Positions 63,261 through 64,000 of a DNA stretch of 64,000 nt are shown here, in pieces; position 1 is the stretch's first letter; every line of letters starts with the position of its first letter. Origin of the DNA: Octopus sinensis (taxonomy: Eukaryota); the NCBI RefSeq assembly GCF_006345805.1, contig NC_042998.1, positions 193,750,001 to 193,814,000 of the forward strand, given 5' to 3'. The position numbers and the translations under genes were made by a program. The notes below the pieces were generated by a model. It was not told where the DNA came from, made no database searches, and saw nothing but the letters and a program-made list of their open reading frames with translations.

Positions 63261-63804
63261 AGAATCCAAGAAGATTGATAGTAGTCGACAACAACAGGAC
63301 TTTTAGTATATGAAGAAAGAGTACAGGAACTTTGACAGTACAGTTTTGCTTAATGCTAAGAGTATTTTTGTGAATTTAACAAGCAAGAACAATGAACCTG
63401 AAATATACTATATAAAGACAAATGTAAATGATTTTTCATAAATTTTAATATTATAACCATAGCCATAAACAAACTGCTTCTGTATATGCGATTGTTTTAT
63501 CAGTGTACTTATAGATGTGGTTTCACATGTCCAAATCCCTAGCTGTAGTTATGTTAATCTTTATCATTTGATAGATCCATTTTGATGTTTTGATGAGTTT
63601 TTTTTTTTCTATTTCAAATAATTAGACATATACTGCAATGAACTGTTCCCCTAAACTAGCAAACCAATATGTTCTAGTGAAGGTTAGCTTTAGTACAGAA
63701 TTTTAAATTCTTAATGCATGGTCTAACTTTTTTGTTCCATTTCCCAAACACATACAAGTGTGTATAAATGCTCTATTGAAGTAAGGCATATATATATAAT
63801 GAAA

Positions 63805-63985
63805 ACACAAATAGTGAGCGGTGTTCCACAGGGCACTGTCTTGGGACCACTGCTTTTCATACTGGCCCTCTCAGATATGCCCTCAACTGCTCGGATAGCC
63901 ACCTTTGCTAGCTACGTAGACAATACGAAAGTCTCTCAGAAAATACAGAACCCCAGCGCTGTTACATATCTACAGATGGGCTGAG
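63805..63985 (+). pseudogene. CR1/Jockey-group RT fragment
   Basis: SGVPQGTVLGPLLFILALSDMP...SYVDNTK (cf. GVPQGSVLGPLLF...YADDTK). Confidence 0.8.
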
Positions 63986-64000
63986 GATAATAATATGCAG

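Overview
AT-rich, microsatellite-dense eukaryotic nuclear DNA. The repeat complement resembles octopus (cephalopod) genomic DNA; this is an inference from the SINE types. No host protein-coding gene can be confidently identified, and most listed ORFs are microsatellite artefacts. The window is dominated by retroelements: a full-length Tx1/L1-clade LINE (43785-49100, minus strand), many copies of an abundant tRNA-derived SINE ('SINE-A'), three other tRNA-SINE families, R4/Dong, RTE, CR1-like and Penelope-like fragments, non-autonomous Helitrons, a MITE and a decayed mariner. Main observation: the Tx1 LINE sits inside the tRNA-like head of a SINE-A copy with an exact 16-bp target-site duplication. 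Its terminal 34 nt match the SINE-A tail at 31 positions. SINE-A tandem arrays are joined at exactly the same nucleotide of the head. Together these suggest a self-targeting LINE/SINE pair that seeds its own tandem arrays. Second theme: several hammerhead-ribozyme motifs of the Penelope pseudo-LTR type, with atypical cores (U3-A8, C4, recurrent U10.1.U11.1), often embedded in long inverted repeats anchored on (TA)n tracts.
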